From: an uncultured virus (IMG/VR IMGVR_UViG_3300027815_000008)
Lineage: Duplodnaviria; Heunggongvirae; Uroviricota; Caudoviricetes
Reading direction: 5' to 3' (one strand)
Virus record (IMG/VR): IMGVR_UViG_3300027815_000008
Length of the DNA: 64,000 nt
The notes beneath the pieces were generated by a model. It was not told the DNA's origin, did no database searches, and saw only the letters and a program-made list of their open reading frames with translations. Position numbers and translations under genes: made by a program. Below are positions 60,618 to 64,000 of the stretch, piece after piece; position 1 is the stretch's first letter, and every line of letters starts with the position of its first letter.

Positions 60618-60670
60618 CCACGCCTCAAACAGTAGTTTGAACTACTATATGAATCCCCTAGGAGGAGCAA

Positions 60671-61184
60671 TCAGGTCTTGGGTGTAACCCGTACGAGGCT
60701 GGGCTGCATATCGGCCTGCTCAGCCAGCTCTCCAGGGATCTCGAAGGTCCCGTCGGAGGCTCGGATGAACTCCTGCCGCCCGATCTGGATCTTGTAGATC
60801 ATAAGGTCCTTGCCCCGGTACGTAACCGGCTCAAGAGGGTTGTCCGCCACGGTCCACCTCCATCAGTGTCCTGTCTGCCGGGTACGGCATCTGCGATAAC
60901 TCGATCTGCAATGCCTGAACAAGTTTCTGCAAGACCTCCAGTACCAGCCCGTAGTGAACCGGCCGGTTCGCGTGCTTGATCACCGGCAACTCCGCGTTAT
61001 TGTTCGTGATCTTGATGGTTACCTCGGCATCAAGTTTATCAGGCAACGCAGAAGCTAATGAGGCGGGGTCAGCAAGAAGGCGTTGAAGTGCCGTACGCTG
61101 CTCGGGGGTAAGGTTGTTGACCATCGTCATCACTTCAACGGGTGCCGGCCCGTTCGAGGGCTTGACCTTCGGGATCTTGTGCAT
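60671..61184 (-). CDS. Two small genes: 60831-61184 (117 aa) and 60671-60850 (59 aa, translated by hand, MADNPLEPVTYRG...)
   Basis: SD AAGGAG and GGAGG; position typical of fibre-assembly helpers. Confidence 0.5.
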
Positions 61185-61205
61185 CGAGTTCTCCTTTACG
61201 TACGG

Positions 61206-63314
61206 TTAAGTAGCCTTGGATTTGCGGTGATACCTATACCACAGCTTGAAATCTGGATCCAAGGCTTCGTGGAACTTGATTACGTTACGGGCGGTTGGCC
61301 GCGTACCAGGCAGGTCGGATACGATATCAAAGTCATCCCCCGTAGGGTTCGTATCCGTACCGTAGAGCAGCAACTGCCCGTCGCGTACCACGTCGATCAT
61401 CGGCTGCCCATCCGGACCGAATGCCACGTTGTATCCCAAGGGTGCCGTAGTAGTAACGAAGTTGATGTAGAACGCCGTACCTGCCGGGAACCCGGATACG
61501 GCGTGCAGCACACGATCCAGACGTACCGGCCCACGCAGATAGGGAGACAAGTTATCGAGCGCGTCCCCCATCGTTGCTACAGCAGTCGGCGCTTGCCCGG
61601 ACTGCGTACCGTCGAAAATACTGGGCCCGTTGTAGGTAACGAGCGGCTCGGCGCCTGCCGTGCCCTGGATGGTGCCAGAGGCGGTCAAGCTGGTAACGGT
61701 CGTTGCAGCTGCGGTAAGCGTGCCAGAGATAGCCGCAGAGCCCGCAGTGACCGCCCCGGAGACGTTGACGGCCGCAGTAAAGACGTTGGACCAGCGGTCG
61801 GCACTGGCTCCCAGCGTCCGTGTGCTGTCGACCGGAGACAAAGAACTGATCTTGCCCAGTACCGTGACGGTGTCGGTCGCGGCGTCCCCCAATGTAGTAT
61901 TCCCGTTGACGGTGAGGTCAGAGCCAACCTGTACTGAGCCGGTCGAGATGATCTGGGCACCGGTAATAGTGCCCCCGGCTGCGATGGCTCCCGTAACGTC
62001 TACCGTAACGCCGAAGAACGTGCCCCAACGGCTAGCACTCGCAGTGGCGCCCAGGTGCCGAGTACCCGTCGGGATCAAGTTCGAGGCAATCGAGGCGGTG
62101 ACGGTCAACGTGTCCGCTGCAGCGTCACCCAGTATGGTGTTGCCGTTGACCGTCAGGTCCGTACCGATGACCGCAGTAGCTGTCGTAACAAGCGTACCGG
62201 CAGCAACAGGGCCTGTGGTGGTGAACCCACTAGCAACGATCGGTCCCCCTGCATTGAATCCGGCAGTGATATCCATTGCGCCGGCATAGATAACGCCCCA
62301 ACGCAGTACGGCTGAGCCCACGTCTACGGTCGCAGTCGTGAGCGGCAAGAGAGTACTCGTGAACCGACCCGTCACCGCAATCTGGTCGGCGGTACCATCA
62401 CCCAGGTTGACGTTCCCGTTCAAGCTCGTAGCCCCGGTAACGGTGAGCGCACCTAGAGTGAAAGTACCCGTGCCGTCTACGTTGTTGGCTTGGAAGCTGA
62501 ACGGCTTGTTGACCTTGAGCTTCTGTGCGCCCGCAGCGTTGTCCCAGAAAAGGCTGGGGTCAACGGTTACACCCGCCGCCTTCAGCGTTACCGACGGGTT
62601 ACCTGCACCAGCCGCTGCGTTGACGGTGAAATCTAACGATGCGCTTCCCGGGATAGATGCGGTCGACAGGATTGATAGAGCATCGACCGTGGTCACCCAA
62701 AGCTTGTTCAATCTGGCGCCAGAAGTCCCGACCTCAGCAGTGGCGTCGTTGAACGTCAGCTTCTGCCCATTACCCAGCTTCACACCAAGGTTGGCCGTAA
62801 CAAGACCAGAGAAAGCCGCATCGACTAGCGTGGCTCCAGCACCTGCCACGTTCAGGACACCGTTCACCGTCAGCGTCTTACCGCTTGGAACGGTAGCGCC
62901 CCCATTGGCCGAGATAAGCCCTTCCACCGTAAGCGCGCCGGTAGAAGCGACGAACGACAGCTTGATGGGATCGGTACCCAGTACACCGGACCGCCAGGTC
63001 CAGTTCTGACCTCTGGCTTCAACCCCGGAGTAAACCGTCAGGCTACCAGGGGTCGTAGCGTCCCCGATCTGCGTATCGCCTTGGAATGAAGCGTTTTGTG
63101 CTTCCGAGACCGTGACCTGTTTGAAGACCGTAACACCTTGAACGGTCAGGTTCCCGCGGACGGTGGCGTTACCCCGCAGGTCAAGGTTGGCGTCATTGGT
63201 CACACTATCGGTGCCATGAAGCACGACGGAAATAGGTCCGCCGAAGCCGTGCGTGCTCCCACCGAGCTCGAGCAGGTTACCCTTGATTAGTAGCGGGTTT
63301 ACACTGGTTCCCAT
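61206..63314 (-). CDS. Tail-fibre-like protein with LTVNGNTxLGD repeats
   Basis: Repeats of GNxxLGDxxxD...LGxxxxRW; T/G/A-rich; start probably MGTSV at 63314. Confidence 0.75.
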   Translation of the reverse strand: MGTSVNPLLIKGNLLELGGSTHGFGGPISVVLHGTDSVTNDANLDLRGNATVRGNLTVQGVTVFKQVTVSEAQNASFQGDTQIGDATTPGSLTVYSGVEARGQNWTWRSGVLGTDPIKLSFVASTGALTVEGLISANGGATVPSGKTLTVNGVLNVAGAGATLVDAAFSGLVTANLGVKLGNGQKLTFNDATAEVGTSGARLNKLWVTTVDALSILSTASIPGSASLDFTVNAAAGAGNPSVTLKAAGVTVDPSLFWDNAAGAQKLKVNKPFSFQANNVDGTGTFTLGALTVTGATSLNGNVNLGDGTADQIAVTGRFTSTLLPLTTATVDVGSAVLRWGVIYAGAMDITAGFNAGGPIVASGFTTTGPVAAGTLVTTATAVIGTDLTVNGNTILGDAAADTLTVTASIASNLIPTGTRHLGATASASRWGTFFGVTVDVTGAIAAGGTITGAQIISTGSVQVGSDLTVNGNTTLGDAATDTVTVLGKISSLSPVDSTRTLGASADRWSNVFTAAVNVSGAVTAGSAAISGTLTAAATTVTSLTASGTIQGTAGAEPLVTYNGPSIFDGTQSGQAPTAVATMGDALDNLSPYLRGPVRLDRVLHAVSGFPAGTAFYINFVTTTAPLGYNVAFGPDGQPMIDVVRDGQLLLYGTDTNPTGDDFDIVSDLPGTRPTARNVIKFHEALDPDFKLWYRYHRKSKAT

Positions 63315-63556
63315 GCTGCGACTCCTCTTTAGGTTCACCCAAGCTTACCGCAAGCTTCAGCACCCAGTCCAGGGCCAAAACTGGAAACCAGGGCGCAGAA
63401 CCGCGCCTCCTTTCCGGTATAAGGACTATAGGAGAGAAATGCTCCTCCGGCACAGCTCCAGCCGGGCCAAAAAAGGAGCCCTGTGCGCTGCAACCCCAGC
63501 GCACAGGTCATAATCCCGGCGCCCACGACGCCTACAATATCGAGGGGAGAGTGACC

Positions 63557-64000
63557 ATGGCCACCACAACGACAGTAATAGAAACCAGGTTCTTGGTGCG
63601 AACCCTGGCCCAGGTGGGCCGGGTTTGTCAGTCCCTGGACCAGGCCCTGGGCCTGGTATGGAGGTGCCGTGAGGCGCAGGGGTCCACCTCCTGGCACCGG
63701 GCCAACAACCTCCTTCAGGAGGTGTTAGGAGCGGCGGCACTGAATGTGATCATGCAGGGGTTCAACCCCTGCACCCTCAGGGTAGGACCCGATGAGCTGG
63801 TCTATAAGACCGGGTCAGGCATAAGCCTGACCGTGTTGCGGGCGGATGTCCGCCCGGACCTGTGGAGGGTCGAGATCCACATACCAAGAACTAGAAACCG
63901 GAGCGTGAGCCTGGCCCTCTGCCGCTCCCCCGGCGGTTGGAAGGAGGTGTACCCCACGCCCGTGGCGTGGGGCACCTCCAGGAAAGAGTACCGGCAGGCA
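63557..64000 (+). CDS. Hypothetical protein, 3'-truncated (MATTTTVIETRF...)
   Basis: Frame open to the window end; GAGGGGAGA SD; GGTATAAG at 63416. Confidence 0.55.
   Translation, partial: MATTTTVIETRFLVRTLAQVGRVCQSLDQALGLVWRCREAQGSTSWHRANNLLQEVLGAAALNVIMQGFNPCTLRVGPDELVYKTGSGISLTVLRADVRPDLWRVEIHIPRTRNRSVSLALCRSPGGWKEVYPTPVAWGTSRKEYRQA

Noticed and set aside
56040..63009. Long + strand ORFs antisense to tail fibres (56040-57152, 58539-59303, 61083-61937, 62338-63009)
   Set aside because: Antisense shadows of GC-rich coding sequence with no recognisable motifs.
63753..63773. TGCAGGGGTTCAACCCCTGCA resembling a tRNA T-arm
   Set aside because: No acceptor, D or anticodon arms could be built; it lies inside the open frame starting at 63557.
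1..64000. Stop-codon reassignment
   Set aside because: Recognisable genes are full length in the standard code and TAG, TGA and TAA all terminate genes.

Overview
The window looks like part of a large, GC-rich tailed dsDNA phage genome. No tRNA, rRNA, CRISPR array or integrase was recognised. All family assignments come from reading motifs by eye, with no database search. (1) 1-22.6 kb, + strand: a replication and nucleotide-metabolism block (SF2 helicase, DnaB-like helicase, primase, J-domain protein, NlpC/P60 hydrolase, ATP-dependent ligase, ThyX, SAM methyltransferase), about 30 small overlapping ORFs, a GIY-YIG protein and a DUF5664-like dNTP diphosphohydrolase. (2) 22.7-63.3 kb, mostly - strand: virion genes (low-complexity candidate internal head proteins, portal, tail fibres, three beta-helix spike paralogues) plus HU, interrupted by + strand islands that start at a GGTAYAAG motif. 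The best candidate for a new system is 15.7-19.5 kb: 14 translationally coupled mini-genes built from a variable Q-V-x-x tetrapeptide, in arrays of 6 and 8 on either side of a DUF6745-like gene that lacks the internal repeat tract, with an RQGD partner gene upstream. Other notable signals are K-x-[AGS] motifs at module boundaries in the candidate head proteins (2H phosphoesterase, pyrophosphatase-like, JAB-like and Zn-peptidase modules), two cassettes that share expression signals but carry unrelated genes, a six-copy AGTAGTTnnAACTACT palindrome, and a structured ncRNA candidate at 34.0-34.3 kb.
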